DNA from: Parcubacteria group bacterium
GTDB taxonomy: Bacteria; Patescibacteriota; Patescibacteriia; UBA11705; JABHMO01
Direction of reading: 5' to 3'
DNA: 64,000 nucleotides
NCBI GenBank assembly: GCA_043797615.1
Contig: JAZDPK010000035.1
Span: 3,523-67,522 of the forward strand
Positions 1-10,631 of this stretch are shown here, one piece after another; the stretch's first letter is position 1; each line of letters starts with the position of its first letter. The notes beneath the pieces are model-generated. The model searched no databases and was not told the origin of the DNA. It was given only the letters and a program-made list of their open reading frames with translations. The position numbers and the translations under genes were made by a program.

Positions 1-113
1 GGCCTTTTTGTTTTGGAAAAAGTGAAAAATATGTTATTATAATAATGTCATGGATATTTTTTTAAGTATTATTTGAATTTTGCATTTTGTATTTTGCATT
101 TATTTTTAAAATT

Positions 114-1022
114 ATGCTCTGGATCTGGATCGTCGTCGCATCCCAATTCTGCAATGCGGCCGTGTCGCTGATGGATAAATTTTTATTGAACAAAAAAAAG
201 CAGCGGCCGGCAGTCTTGACTTTCTGGACGGCTGTTTTCAACCTGCTGGCCTTGGTCTTCGCGCTGTGGAATTTCACTTTTTTCCCGGGCTGGCGGATTT
301 TAATCATCGCGCTCCTGTCCGGCGCGGCGTTCACTTTCGCTTTGCATTTTTTCTACATGGCGCTGGAAAAAGGGGAAACGTCGCATATCAGCCCGCTGGT
401 CGGCGGTGTTCTGCCGATTGCCGCGTTGGTTATGTCGTATTATCTTTTGAACGAAAGGCTTGGCGGCTGGCAGATCGCGAGCGTTTTTCTTCTTGTGTTG
501 GGCGCGATCCTTATTTCATTTGAAAAAAGCCGGCGGCATTCCGGATGGCACATCGGCATGCTGTACGCAATCATCGCCGGAATATTTTTCGCCGCGTCTT
601 CGGTTTTAAGCCGAGCGGTTTTTCTCGAACAATCGTTCAATACCGGCTTCGTCTGGGGCAGAGTCGGCTGTTTTGCCGCCGTTCTGCCGTTTTTATTCTG
701 GCCGAGCCTGCGCAAAAGCATTTTCACGAAGCAAAAACAAAACTTGCCAAAGGATAAAACGATATTTTCCGTTTTTATCGTTGACAAAGTATTATCCGCG
801 CTTCCGTTCATCGGCATGAGCTTTGCCGTTTCATTGGCCAGCGCTACGTTGGTCAACGCTTTGGCTGGCATCCAGTATGCGATTTTATTTATTTTGATTT
901 TTGCCTTGTCGAAAAAATTGCCGAAAGTTTTTAAAGAAGAATTTTATCGATCGGAAATTATCGTGGAAATTATTGCAATTGTTTTAATAGCAGTTGGAGT
1001 CGGGCTCATAGTAATGAAATAA
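114..1022 (+). CDS. EamA/DMT family transporter
   Basis: About 10 hydrophobic segments in two repeats, with an 'LLNERL' EamA-like motif. ATG at 114 preferred over the upstream TTG. Confidence 0.8.
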   Translation: MLWIWIVVASQFCNAAVSLMDKFLLNKKKQRPAVLTFWTAVFNLLALVFALWNFTFFPGWRILIIALLSGAAFTFALHFFYMALEKGETSHISPLVGGVLPIAALVMSYYLLNERLGGWQIASVFLLVLGAILISFEKSRRHSGWHIGMLYAIIAGIFFAASSVLSRAVFLEQSFNTGFVWGRVGCFAAVLPFLFWPSLRKSIFTKQKQNLPKDKTIFSVFIVDKVLSALPFIGMSFAVSLASATLVNALAGIQYAILFILIFALSKKLPKVFKEEFYRSEIIVEIIAIVLIAVGVGLIVMK

Positions 1023-1096
1023 AAAAGAGATAAACGGGATAAACGCGATTGTCTGGACGATTTTATCAAGTCAATCTCATTTATCTCGTTAATCCC

Positions 1097-2140
1097 ATGT
1101 TTGATATGCCTTCATTCAAAAAGCACATCATGATTTCCGCGGCGATTTTGATCGGACTAATCGCCGTCCTGGTTTTCGCTTGGTCGTATTTTTATTTTCA
1201 AAGCTTTGAAGTTAAAAATTTCCAGCTCGGCGTGAATTTTTCAAAAAGCTATTCCGAATATCTTGGTTTAGACTGGCAGAAAACTTATTTGGCCATTCTC
1301 GACGATTTGAAAGTGAAAAACGTCCGCGTATCCGCGCCCTGGAACGAGATCGAGCCGGCCAGCCTTGCCGGCAACGCTAGGCAGGCGCTCGGGCGCTGGA
1401 ATTTTACCGGCCTTGACTGGCAGGTGAAGGAAGCGGAAAAGCGGGGCGTCAATTTAATTCTGATTGTCGGCCGGCGCACGCCGCACTGGCCAGAGTGCCA
1501 TGATCCGGCTTGGATCAAGCCGCTGGCGCCGGAACTCGTAGCAGATCGGCAGATGGAAATGATCGCGGCGGTCGTTGATCGCTACAAGGATTATTCCAGC
1601 ATAAAAATCTGGCAGGTGGAGAACGAGCCGCTGCTCGACGTCTTCGGTAAATGCCCGCCAGGCGATATTGATCTTTTGCGCAAGGAAATCGCGCTGGTCA
1701 AAACGCTGGACAGCCGGCCGGTCATGATCACGGACAGCGGCGAAATCGGCGATTGGACCGCGGCGGCGAATATCGGCGACCTTTTCGGCACCACGCTCTA
1801 TCGCGTCACGCATAATCCGTTTTTGGGATATTTTTATTATCATTTGCCGCCTGTTTTTTACAATTTGAAAGCGCGGCTGGTCGGACAGCGCCCGAGCCGG
1901 GCGCTGATTTCCGAATTGCAGGCCGAGCCGTGGGCGCCGCAGGGCATACTGAACACTTCGCTTGAAAATCAGAAAATTTCCATGGATGCGCGGCGACTGG
2001 CCAGCCAGGCCGATTACGGCCGGCGAACCGGTTTTTCCGGCGCCTATCTCTGGGGCGCGGAATGGTGGTATTGGCTCAAGGAAAAGCAGAACGACGACAC
2101 CCTATGGAAGACGGCGAAAAACATATTTTTGAATTCATAG
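1097..2140 (+). CDS. Membrane-anchored clan GH-A glycoside hydrolase (beta-galactosidase/GH42-like)
   Basis: N-terminal TM; WNEIEP, WQVENEP (acid/base) and ISELQAEPW (nucleophile) motifs. Contains a 27-nt palindromic insertion at 1359-1385. Confidence 0.75.
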   Translation: MFDMPSFKKHIMISAAILIGLIAVLVFAWSYFYFQSFEVKNFQLGVNFSKSYSEYLGLDWQKTYLAILDDLKVKNVRVSAPWNEIEPASLAGNARQALGRWNFTGLDWQVKEAEKRGVNLILIVGRRTPHWPECHDPAWIKPLAPELVADRQMEMIAAVVDRYKDYSSIKIWQVENEPLLDVFGKCPPGDIDLLRKEIALVKTLDSRPVMITDSGEIGDWTAAANIGDLFGTTLYRVTHNPFLGYFYYHLPPVFYNLKARLVGQRPSRALISELQAEPWAPQGILNTSLENQKISMDARRLASQADYGRRTGFSGAYLWGAEWWYWLKEKQNDDTLWKTAKNIFLNS

Positions 2141-2172
2141 ATAATGTGCTATAATTTATTAAAGAAAATCAT

Positions 2173-2361
2173 ATGCTGCCGCCAAATCCCCGAAAAATCG
2201 GCGAGTGGGTAACGATTTCGGTCGTCGTTGTCATTGCGATCTTCGTCGTGATCATGCTGTTCGTAAATTTTGTTTCGGCGCCGAAATCCGACAACAGCGT
2301 TTTGCCGTCCGCGCCTGCCTTGCCGGCAGGCAGGCCGGCAAATTCCGCCGCCGGCAACTAA
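2173..2361 (+). CDS. Small membrane protein
   Basis: One TM; follows a TGCTATAAT -10 box; carries a 21-nt palindrome at 2314-2334. Confidence 0.5.
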   Translation: MLPPNPRKIGEWVTISVVVVIAIFVVIMLFVNFVSAPKSDNSVLPSAPALPAGRPANSAAGN

Positions 2362-2374
2362 AAAATATGAAAAT

Positions 2375-2977
2375 ATGAAAATAAAGATTTTATTTTCCGC
2401 TTTTGCCGTTGTTTTCGCGCTCGGCTTCGGCCTAAACGTTTCGGCGGCCGAAGCAGCGAAATCCGGCGCTTACAGCATTCAAAAGCTGGTCGAAGAAAAA
2501 GCCGGAATATTGAAGCCGGGCGTTCTGCCTAATTCTTTCTGGTATTGGGCGGACATTTACGGCGAACAGATCGGCTTCCTTTTCACTTTCGCCAAAGAGA
2601 ATAAAATAGACTACCTGATCGGCGAAGCAGGCGAGCGCCTGGCGGAAATGAAACAGCTTTCCGACGCAGGCATCACTAAATACGCGGACGATCTTCTAAA
2701 GCGGCACGACGGCGAAGTCAAACTCGCCTCCGAGCTTTTGCAGCAGCTGCGCGACGAAAGCGCGGCCAAGGCCGAGGAAGCGCAAAAAAATCTGGAAAAG
2801 CGGATATTGTTCGAGCAGAGCGATCTGGAAAGGCGGGCGGCCGAAGCGCCGTCAGAATATGACAAGGGCGTTGACAAGGCAGTCGGCAGCGTGATTTCCT
2901 GGATGAAAAACGTCGTAAGCCATTTGAATTGGAAAAGAGGGGAGATCACCAAACAAAAGGCGGAGCTTTCGGAATAA
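2375..2977 (+). CDS. DUF5667-like secreted helical protein
   Basis: Signal peptide; PG(V)LPNS(F)WY..D...E motif followed by A.ERLAE. Confidence 0.65.
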   Translation: MKIKILFSAFAVVFALGFGLNVSAAEAAKSGAYSIQKLVEEKAGILKPGVLPNSFWYWADIYGEQIGFLFTFAKENKIDYLIGEAGERLAEMKQLSDAGITKYADDLLKRHDGEVKLASELLQQLRDESAAKAEEAQKNLEKRILFEQSDLERRAAEAPSEYDKGVDKAVGSVISWMKNVVSHLNWKRGEITKQKAELSE

Positions 2978-3106
2978 ACGCGAAACAACGCTAAACCAAA
3001 CCTGCCTGCTGGCAGGCGCAAAACAAACGCGAAACCCAAGAGAAACCATCTAGAGTAATTCAATCGTAAGTATAGGCGATTTATTTGCGAGCTCATATCC
3101 GGCGTC

Positions 3107-3142
3107 TGTCATTGCGATGGAGCGGAGCGGAAGAAGCAATCT
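3107..3142 (+). repeat. REP-like element TGTCATTGCGA...GAAGCAATCT
   Basis: Second copy at 29778-29812 shares both ends. Confidence 0.7.
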
Positions 3143-3249
3143 TCAATACTCAATAAAGCGACGCAATCTTGGATAATTACCTTATTGAATAAAATAGCTC
3201 TGATGCTATTTTTTTATTTGCTAAATTTAGCTTATAAATATGAAAAAGA

Positions 3250-3278
3250 TTGACATTCTATTTAATTTATGCTATAAT
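3250..3278 (+). promoter_or_regulatory. Consensus sigma70 promoter
   Basis: TTGACA-17 nt-TATAAT with extended TG, upstream of an AAAGGAGG RBS and the ATG at 3348. Confidence 0.8.
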
Positions 3279-3347
3279 GAAATAGTTTTCGAAATTCAGT
3301 TTATTAACAAAAGGGAGTTTAAATACTCTCATTCAAAGGAGGATTAC

Positions 3348-3557
3348 ATGGGTTGGATACTGATTATAATCGCGCTTGTTATTTTTTTCATTGCTGAACT
3401 CATCGTTGCCTATGCTCAGAACAACGTACCGCAATGGGTTGTTGGTACTTTGATCGTATTGTCGTGCTGTTTTGGAGCGGCCGGTTTAATGTTTTTCATC
3501 GATGGCATTCAGCCGAGTCGTTTTGACATGGTACCGACGCAATTGTGGTTTAAGTAA
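3348..3557 (+). CDS. Small two-TM membrane protein
   Basis: Strong RBS and promoter; two hydrophobic helices. Confidence 0.65.
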   Translation: MGWILIIIALVIFFIAELIVAYAQNNVPQWVVGTLIVLSCCFGAAGLMFFIDGIQPSRFDMVPTQLWFK

Positions 3558-4163
3558 AAAAATTTGTTCAGCTAAATTCTCCGTTAGTTTTTTTCAAAAA
3601 AGCCCCTGAACTTTATCAACACGAAGTTCAGGCCTGCCCCGAGCGCGTCTTTGCGAAAAGATTCGTTCAGTGCAGGAAAATGAAAAAGGGAAAAGAGGGA
3701 TTAAGAAGGCTATAGAAGATATGCGCGACGATTATTCAAGACTATCTTCTTTACCCTCTTTGCCTTCTTTTGCCCTTTCTTCACCCTTTCCTTGCAATTT
3801 ATGGCATTGCTCTCCAAAAAAAGCGTTTAGCGTTAATGGACGCCCCGTCACAAACGGTGTGGAGAGACATGAGGCTCGCAACCTCGCTTTGCCGCCAAAA
3901 ACCTGGATAAGGCTCATCTCGCAATGATGGGCCTTTTCTTATTGAAAAATTACAAATCAGAAACAGGTTGATTTGGTTGAATGAGTTGATAGCGTTGATT
4001 GCGAAGTTAATTTTAAAAATTTGTGATTTCATTTGATTTGCATTATAATGGAAGCGCATATTTATGCTATTGAGAAAGCGGAAATTGAATCGTTTAAAAA
4101 ATTACGATTATCGGCAAATCGGCAATTTGATCGAAACAACAAAGCTAATTTATATTATTGATT

Positions 4164-5432
4164 ATGCGTGAAAAAATCATTTTCCCGAATAAGACCAAGC
4201 TCCTCCTCGTCCCGTTCAAAGACACCAAGGCGATCACCATTCTTTTTTTATTCGGCGTTGGTTCGCGCTATGAACGGAAAGAGATCAACGGCGCGTCGCA
4301 TTTCATCGAGCATCTCATGTTCAAAGGCACGAAGAAGCGGCCGACAACGCTGGATATTTCAAAAGAATTGGATTCGGTCGGCGCGGAATTCAACGCCATG
4401 ACGTCGAAAGACTACACCGGATATTACGTGAAAATCAGCCACGACAAAATCGATCTGGCCGTGGATATCTTGTCCGACATGCTGCTCAATTCCAAATTCG
4501 AAATCGCGGAAATCAACCGCGAGCGGGGCGTGATCGTTGAAGAGATAAACATGTATCATGACAATCCGCTCATGTACATCGAAAGTTTATTTGAAGAAAC
4601 AGTGCACGCCGGCAGCACGCTCGGCTGGGACGTGGCCGGACCGGCGTCGGTTATAAAAAAGGTGACGCGCGAGCAGCTTTTGCAATACCGAGACGAATAT
4701 TATCGTAGCGACAATTGCGTCATCGCGGTGGCGGGAAAATTCAATGATAAAATCAAAAATTTATTGGAACAAAAATTTATTTCGAAAGTCGCCAAAGCCA
4801 GGCCGATGAAAAAGTTTGAAAATTTCAAAACAACGCAAAAAGAACCGCGCGTTAAATTGCAATATCGAAATACTAAACAAGTGCAGCTGGCGCTCGGCTT
4901 TCCGGCAGTCGGCTATGACGATCCGGCGGCGTATGCGTTGCATTTGCTCACGATAATTTTAGGCGGCAACATGAGCTCGCGGCTTTTCATTTCCGTCCGC
5001 GAAAGAAAAGGCTTGGCGTATTTCGTGCGCTGCTATCCGAATTTTTACCAAGACACCGGCAATATCGTGATTCAGTCCGGCCTTGACATCAGCCGCCTGG
5101 ATGAAGCGATCGGCGTTATTCTCAATGAATTGAAAAAAGTGAAAACGCCTGGCGTCTCGGCTAAAGAATTGAACAACGCCAAAGAATTCCTAAAGGGTAA
5201 AATGGTTTTGACGCTGGAGGATTCGTCGCACTTGGCCGAATTCTACGCCAAGCAGGAATTATTGCAGGGCAAATCGATGACGCCGGCCGAGAAAATGAAA
5301 AAATACGGTGCAGTGACATTGGCGGATATAAAAAAAGTCGCGAACGATTTTTTCCGAAAGGAAACATTGAACCTGGCGCTCATCGGTCCGTTTAAAAATG
5401 CTAAAAAATTCAAAAAATTATTAAAGATGTAA
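4164..5432 (+). CDS. M16 family zinc peptidase
   Basis: HFIEH inverted zinc motif, NAMTSKD, SSRLF..VRE..GLAY. Confidence 0.93.
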   Translation: MREKIIFPNKTKLLLVPFKDTKAITILFLFGVGSRYERKEINGASHFIEHLMFKGTKKRPTTLDISKELDSVGAEFNAMTSKDYTGYYVKISHDKIDLAVDILSDMLLNSKFEIAEINRERGVIVEEINMYHDNPLMYIESLFEETVHAGSTLGWDVAGPASVIKKVTREQLLQYRDEYYRSDNCVIAVAGKFNDKIKNLLEQKFISKVAKARPMKKFENFKTTQKEPRVKLQYRNTKQVQLALGFPAVGYDDPAAYALHLLTIILGGNMSSRLFISVRERKGLAYFVRCYPNFYQDTGNIVIQSGLDISRLDEAIGVILNELKKVKTPGVSAKELNNAKEFLKGKMVLTLEDSSHLAEFYAKQELLQGKSMTPAEKMKKYGAVTLADIKKVANDFFRKETLNLALIGPFKNAKKFKKLLKM

Positions 5433-5517
5433 AATATAATCCGAATTTTTCAAATTATAAATCCGAATTCTCCGAATTGTTTTTGACTATTTATTTGTTA
5501 ACCAGAACTTTTTCATT

Positions 5518-6270
5518 ATGAAATATCTAATCGCCAACTGGAAAATGAATTTGAACGAGGACGCGAGCTTGAATTTGGCGAAAAAATACAAAAAGCGGCT
5601 GAAAGGCTTTAAAAATTTGACGATAGTGATCGCTCCGGATTTGTTATATCTGAAGGAAATAAAGCAAGACTTGGGCAAATCAACGATCAAAGTCTGCGGC
5701 CAGAACGTGGCGGCAGAGGAAAAAGGCGCGTACACCGGCGAAGTATCAGCGCAGATGTTGAAAGAAATCGGCTGCGATTTCGCCATTGTCGGACATTCCG
5801 AGCGGCGGATAAATTTGAATGAAACGAGCGAACTCGTCAACAAAAAAATGAACCAGTGCTACAATGCCGGCCTGGTCCCGATCCTATGCGTCGGCGAAAC
5901 AATGGAGGAGCGGCTGAAGGGCCAGACCGAAGCGGTTTTGACGCGGCAGCTGCACGGCGCCTTGGGCAGGGTTAACGGCCTGCCGGAAAGCGATCTGTTC
6001 ATCGCCTACGAGCCGGTCTGGGCGATCGGCTCGGGGAAAAACATGGATCCATCCGAATTTCAAGCGGTTTACCGCATTATTAAAAGAGTGCTGAGCAGCC
6101 TGTTTTCGGAAAAATTTTACGAAGAAAAAGTCCGGCTGCTGTATGGCGGCAGCGTGAGCAGCATCAACGCGAAAGACTTTTGGATCGCGCCGCATATCCA
6201 CGGCCTGCTCGTGGCCACCGGCAGCCTGGAGATGGATGAGATGTATAATATCGCGATGCAAGCGGAATAG
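5518..6270 (+). CDS. tpiA: Triosephosphate isomerase
   Basis: ANWKMN, GHSERR, AYEPVWAIG, YGGSV. Confidence 0.95.
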   Translation: MKYLIANWKMNLNEDASLNLAKKYKKRLKGFKNLTIVIAPDLLYLKEIKQDLGKSTIKVCGQNVAAEEKGAYTGEVSAQMLKEIGCDFAIVGHSERRINLNETSELVNKKMNQCYNAGLVPILCVGETMEERLKGQTEAVLTRQLHGALGRVNGLPESDLFIAYEPVWAIGSGKNMDPSEFQAVYRIIKRVLSSLFSEKFYEEKVRLLYGGSVSSINAKDFWIAPHIHGLLVATGSLEMDEMYNIAMQAE

Positions 6271-6337
6271 CGAAAAGCTCAAAACCCAAAGCACAAAGTT
6301 CAAAATAAATTTAAAGTTTAAAATTCAAAATTTAAAT

Positions 6338-7201
6338 ATGTTGGTCCATATAAAACACATAATTAAAAAAGCGCAAGCCGGCAACTATGCTGTCGGAGCG
6401 TTTAACGTGAACGATTTGGAAATGGTCCTGGCGGTATTGGCCGCCGCGGAAAAGATGAAATCGCCGGCGATTATTCAAGTGACCGAGAGCGCGATCAAAT
6501 ACGCGGGGCTGAAAGAACTGTTCGCGATCGTTAAAATCGGCGCCGACGAAATCAGAGCGCCGATCGCGATCCATCTTGACCATGGACAGGATTTTGAAAC
6601 GATAAAAAAATGCGTTGCCGCCGGATTCTCGTCCGTAATGATCGACGGATCGGCTCTGCCTTATGCAACGAACGTCGCCTTGAGCAAAAAAGTTGTTCAA
6701 TATTGCCATCGCCGGAACGTCTTCGTCCAGGCCGAGCTGGGCCAGCTCCAGGGGCCGCGGCCGAGAGGCAAGCGCGAAATTACAAGGGCGCAGGCGACCG
6801 ACCCGGCGCAAGCGGCCGATTTCGCCCTGGCCACCGGCATCGACGCGCTAGCCGTCTCGATCGGCAACATCCATGGCGTGAAGAAGATAATCAAGCATCT
6901 GCCGAAAAAGCTGAACTTGAAAAGATTGAAAGAAATTGCTAAGCTGACTCATATTCCGCTCGTCCTGCACGGCGCGTCCGGATTTCCGGCCGAACAAATT
7001 AAAAAAGCCGTAAAATCGGGAATTAAAATAGTAAATATCGACAGCGAACTCCGCCTATCCTTCGCTGCGGCGGAAAAGAAATTTTTCAGGGAAAATAATA
7101 ACATTTTCGATCCGCGAAAAATATTAAGCCCGGCGATCGCTGCGATGCGAAAAACCGTTGAAAGGAAAATCAAGATGTTCGGCAGTGAAAATAAAATTTA
7201 G
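6338..7201 (+). CDS. fba: Class II fructose-bisphosphate aldolase
   Basis: AVGAFN, HLDHG, SVMIDGS, GNIHG, VLHGASG. Confidence 0.93.
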   Translation: MLVHIKHIIKKAQAGNYAVGAFNVNDLEMVLAVLAAAEKMKSPAIIQVTESAIKYAGLKELFAIVKIGADEIRAPIAIHLDHGQDFETIKKCVAAGFSSVMIDGSALPYATNVALSKKVVQYCHRRNVFVQAELGQLQGPRPRGKREITRAQATDPAQAADFALATGIDALAVSIGNIHGVKKIIKHLPKKLNLKRLKEIAKLTHIPLVLHGASGFPAEQIKKAVKSGIKIVNIDSELRLSFAAAEKKFFRENNNIFDPRKILSPAIAAMRKTVERKIKMFGSENKI

Positions 7202-7204
7202 CCT

Positions 7205-8113
7205 ATGCTTTTCAATATTATTCTCATTTGCATTGTTGCGGTCTGCGTTTTTCTGATTGTTTTTATCGTTGCGCGCAAATTGCCGAAATTAAAGAGTCTG
7301 GACGTTGATACGGTGCCGGCGGCGCAGATCGCGAAAGTCCGCGACCGGATATTGCTCGATCGGATGAAGAGGCGGAGCGAGAAGGGCGGCGAACTCATCG
7401 CCAGGGCGGCGGCGCCTCTTTTCAGTGCGATCAAGCGGGCGGTCCAGAAATTGATTTTTAAAATTTACGCCTTGGAAAAAAGATACCAGCGCGAAGCGAA
7501 GATGAAGGCGAATCTGACCGGGCCGGAATTGGAAGACAACGTGCGCAGCCTCCTCGGCGACGCGGACCGGCGGATGAAAGCGGAAGAATGGCGCGAGGCG
7601 GAGAAAATCCTGATCGAGGCGGTCAGCCTTGACCCGCGCAGCATTCCGGCGTACAATGGGCTCGCGGAAATTTATTCGCGGCTGAAGGAATACAAGCAGT
7701 CGCTGCAGACGCGGCAATTCATCCTGAAGCTGGTGCTGAAGCAGAGCCGCGGCGCGGAAAAACAAGACGAAAACGGGGACGTGCGGACGGTTTACCCCAA
7801 TGCGGCGGAAGCGGCCGGCCTGCCTGCTCGCCTCCGCGAAGCGCTTCGGCGGAGCGGGGCCGGCAAGGCAGGCGCGTACAGCGATCTTGGCGACGTTTTC
7901 CGGCTGATGGACAAAAACGACAAGGCGCTGGAAAATTTCAAGCAGGCGCTCCGGATCGAGCCGAACAGCCCGCGCCACATTAACAAGATATTGGAAACGA
8001 GTATCGCTTTGAAAAACAAGACTTTGGCGCGGGAAATGCTGAGCCAATTGGAAAAAGCGAATCCGGAAAACCAAAAATTGAAAGAGTTTGCGGATAAAAT
8101 AAATGAACTTTAA
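7205..8113 (+). CDS. Membrane-anchored TPR protein
   Basis: N-terminal TM and TPR motifs (AYNGLAEIY, AYSDLGDVF). 54-nt palindromic insertion at 7819-7872. Confidence 0.8.
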   Translation: MLFNIILICIVAVCVFLIVFIVARKLPKLKSLDVDTVPAAQIAKVRDRILLDRMKRRSEKGGELIARAAAPLFSAIKRAVQKLIFKIYALEKRYQREAKMKANLTGPELEDNVRSLLGDADRRMKAEEWREAEKILIEAVSLDPRSIPAYNGLAEIYSRLKEYKQSLQTRQFILKLVLKQSRGAEKQDENGDVRTVYPNAAEAAGLPARLREALRRSGAGKAGAYSDLGDVFRLMDKNDKALENFKQALRIEPNSPRHINKILETSIALKNKTLAREMLSQLEKANPENQKLKEFADKINEL

Positions 8114-8186
8114 GAAAAAACAAAAAGCAAAATGCAAAGTAAAATTAAAATTAAAAAATGCAAACATAAAATTATTAAAAGATAAT

Positions 8187-8262
8187 GCCGTTGTAGCTCA
8201 GTTGGTAGAGCAACGCCATGGTAAGGCGTAGGTCCGCGGTTCAAATCCGCGCAACGGCTCCA
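8187..8262 (+). tRNA. tRNA-Thr(GGT)
   Basis: GCCGTTG/CAACGGC acceptor stem, AGCTCAGTTGGTAGAGC D-arm, GGT anticodon, GGTTCAAATCC T-arm, encoded CCA. Confidence 0.95.
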
Positions 8263-8333
8263 TATTAACAAGTTGATTATAGTTTATAAGAGTTGATAAA
8301 GTTTATTCACAAGATTAGTTCCGTTAGAAATTG

Positions 8334-8364
8334 AAAAGCCCTCGCGTTGCGCAAGGGCTTTTTT
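8334..8364. terminator. Bidirectional intrinsic terminator
   Basis: AAAAGCCCT...AGGGCTTTTT between convergent tRNA-Thr and the kinase-like gene. Confidence 0.65.
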
Positions 8365-8373
8365 GTTTTGAAA

Positions 8374-9462
8374 TCAACTGCCGAAAGCGGAAACGAACTG
8401 CACGTCCGGCCCGAGCTTGACGCTGATTATTGAACCTAGTTCGGTTTTGTAAAGCTCGCCGTCGATGAAGATCTGATTTTTTTCGGGAGAAACGACGCTG
8501 AAATTGAACACCGGCTGGTTGAAAAAATTGTCCGCGCCCGGAAGCGCTTTGGAAAAAAAGCGATGGTTGAAAACCGGCGTGATGCTCGGGGCGACTTGAT
8601 GGGGCAGGGAATACGGCGGAATGAGCCGCGCGCCCGGGATCCAAGCGCCGCGGTAAATGAGCGGCAGCATGGCGACGAGCGAGCGGGCAGAAAGCTGATA
8701 GCTGGCCGCGTAGAACTGGTTGAATTCGCGCCGGCCGTGGAAAGGCTGAATGCCGTAGAGCAGATGATCAGTGACGCTGCAGACGATCGCGATGGGCTTG
8801 CGGATCGAGAGCAGGTTGTCGTTTGCATAGAGCGAAGCGTTGAATTGCCTAACCAGGCGATAATACTTCAGCGGCAATCCGGTGACGCTGGCCAAAGCGG
8901 CCAGGGCGAAATGCTTGACGCCGTTCAACACCGAGCGCTCCTTTTCGTAGACTTCGATGATTTCCGCCAAGCCCATGATGAAAATAAATCCCCAGTGGAT
9001 TTTTTTCCTTCCGCTCTCGTCGACAAACGAGATTTCCAGCGGCTTCAATTTCCTGGTCGGCAAGTATTCGTACGGCGTGGCCAGGATTTTTTTCAACAGA
9101 TGAGACGGCGAGCCTTCGAGCCCGAGCCAGTTGTGCACTGCTTGCTGGGTTCCGCCGCCGATCGATCCGATGAGCGGTATCTTGCCAATTTTCTTCGCCT
9201 TTTCCGTTTCATGGCTTTTCTTGTAAATGGCAAAGTCGACCACCTCGCGCAATGTTCCGTCGCCGCCGTAAACCAAGACAATTTTCACTTTTTGCGCAAT
9301 CAGCAGCTTTCTCAGCACATCCGGTATTTCGTCGATATCCTTGGTGGTGAACAAGGGAACCATTTCTCTGCAAGCCAATGCCTGCACGCTGTTGAATTCT
9401 TTGCGGCCGCGGCTCGGGCCGGCATGAGGATTGATGATAACGCCGATTTCCGTATTCTTCAT
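8374..9462 (-). CDS. Diacylglycerol kinase catalytic-domain family protein
   Basis: IINPHAG, YGGDGT, GGGT and C-terminal IDGE motifs; AAAGGAG RBS before the ATG at 9462. Confidence 0.75.
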   Translation of the reverse strand: MKNTEIGVIINPHAGPSRGRKEFNSVQALACREMVPLFTTKDIDEIPDVLRKLLIAQKVKIVLVYGGDGTLREVVDFAIYKKSHETEKAKKIGKIPLIGSIGGGTQQAVHNWLGLEGSPSHLLKKILATPYEYLPTRKLKPLEISFVDESGRKKIHWGFIFIMGLAEIIEVYEKERSVLNGVKHFALAALASVTGLPLKYYRLVRQFNASLYANDNLLSIRKPIAIVCSVTDHLLYGIQPFHGRREFNQFYAASYQLSARSLVAMLPLIYRGAWIPGARLIPPYSLPHQVAPSITPVFNHRFFSKALPGADNFFNQPVFNFSVVSPEKNQIFIDGELYKTELGSIISVKLGPDVQFVSAFGS

Positions 9463-9705
9463 GGCTTTTCTCCTTTGCAAGAATTGTAATACCAATTTAT
9501 TTAATTCATATTCATACTAAATTATACGAATTGAATCGAGGCGCTGTTGTAAAGAACTGGTTATTTAAGATGTTAGCGGATTGTCAACGGAATGTCAAAA
9601 CGCAAACGCGGAAATTCCGTCGGTTCAGTGTGCATAAAATTTTGTTGGCGCGGCTGGAATATGGTATAATAACCATATAATTTTTTCTGGACGCGCAAAC
9701 AGAAT

Positions 9706-10539
9706 ATGATTTTTAATTTCAATGAAAAGCGATATTATTTTTTAGCCGCGATTTTTTTGCTGGCCGCGCCTTTTGCCGCCATCGCCATTTCCAGCCCGAG
9801 CTACATCATCGATCCGAGCGGCGCCGACGCTTCCCGCGGCCAGACGAATTCGACTTCGTTCAGCCTGGAAAGCGCGATTGAAATAATCGCTGGCAACTAC
9901 ACGGCGACAAGCTATAAATTGGAATCAGGCTCGAGCTTTGCCGGCTATTGCGGCGACGGATTCATCGATCCGACCGAGGATTGCGAAGGCGCGAATTTGA
10001 ACAGCCAAACTTGCGTGACGCAAGGATTTGCGAGCGGCACGCTGTCCTGCTCCGCGTCGTGCGTTTTCAATACATCCGGTTGCGCCAGCAGCCCGGCGCC
10101 CGGCCATGACCCCAGCGTCATCAATCCGCCGGCCGCGCCGACATTCGACACCACCATTCAAAATAAAATTTTCACGTACACGAGCGAGCTTTTGATATTC
10201 GGCACGAAGTCCGTTGGCGCGTCCGTGGCCGTGAACGGCTCTTCGGAAGGCGTGACTTACGCCACAGACAGCCGCTGGCAGAAATACCAGACCCTGGCCT
10301 TGGGATTGAACGCGATCGTCATCAAATCAAGCGGGGCCAACGGCGATTCAGCCGAAGTCAGCGTAACCGTCAAACGCCGGAAAATCGGCGACGCCGACGA
10401 CAACAACAGCGTGAATGATTACGACTTCAGCCTGTTCGCAAACCATTGGCATCAGGCGTGGCAAGCGTCGGATTTCAATGAAGACGGCCAAACGGACGAT
10501 TATGATTTGTCGCTCATGGGAGCGTATTGGGGGAAATAG
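9706..10539 (+). CDS. Secreted protein with Cys-rich repeat, Ig-like domain and C-terminal dockerin-like domain
   Basis: Signal peptide; CGDGFIDPTEDC...C...C...C repeat; duplicated EF-hand-like GDADDNNSVNDYD / SDFNEDGQTDDYD. Confidence 0.7.
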   Translation: MIFNFNEKRYYFLAAIFLLAAPFAAIAISSPSYIIDPSGADASRGQTNSTSFSLESAIEIIAGNYTATSYKLESGSSFAGYCGDGFIDPTEDCEGANLNSQTCVTQGFASGTLSCSASCVFNTSGCASSPAPGHDPSVINPPAAPTFDTTIQNKIFTYTSELLIFGTKSVGASVAVNGSSEGVTYATDSRWQKYQTLALGLNAIVIKSSGANGDSAEVSVTVKRRKIGDADDNNSVNDYDFSLFANHWHQAWQASDFNEDGQTDDYDLSLMGAYWGK

Positions 10540-10631
10540 GAGGTTGATTGGTTTATTAGTTGATTACTGTGTTATTAGTTATTATTCGGTGTAAAGTGCG
10601 CATTACGTTACAATCTACAATGTAAATTTAA

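Noticed and set aside
3670-3927. 85-aa ORF with an SSLPSLPS tract
   Set aside because: It is a translation of an inverted tandem-repeat element, with no RBS or recognisable domain.
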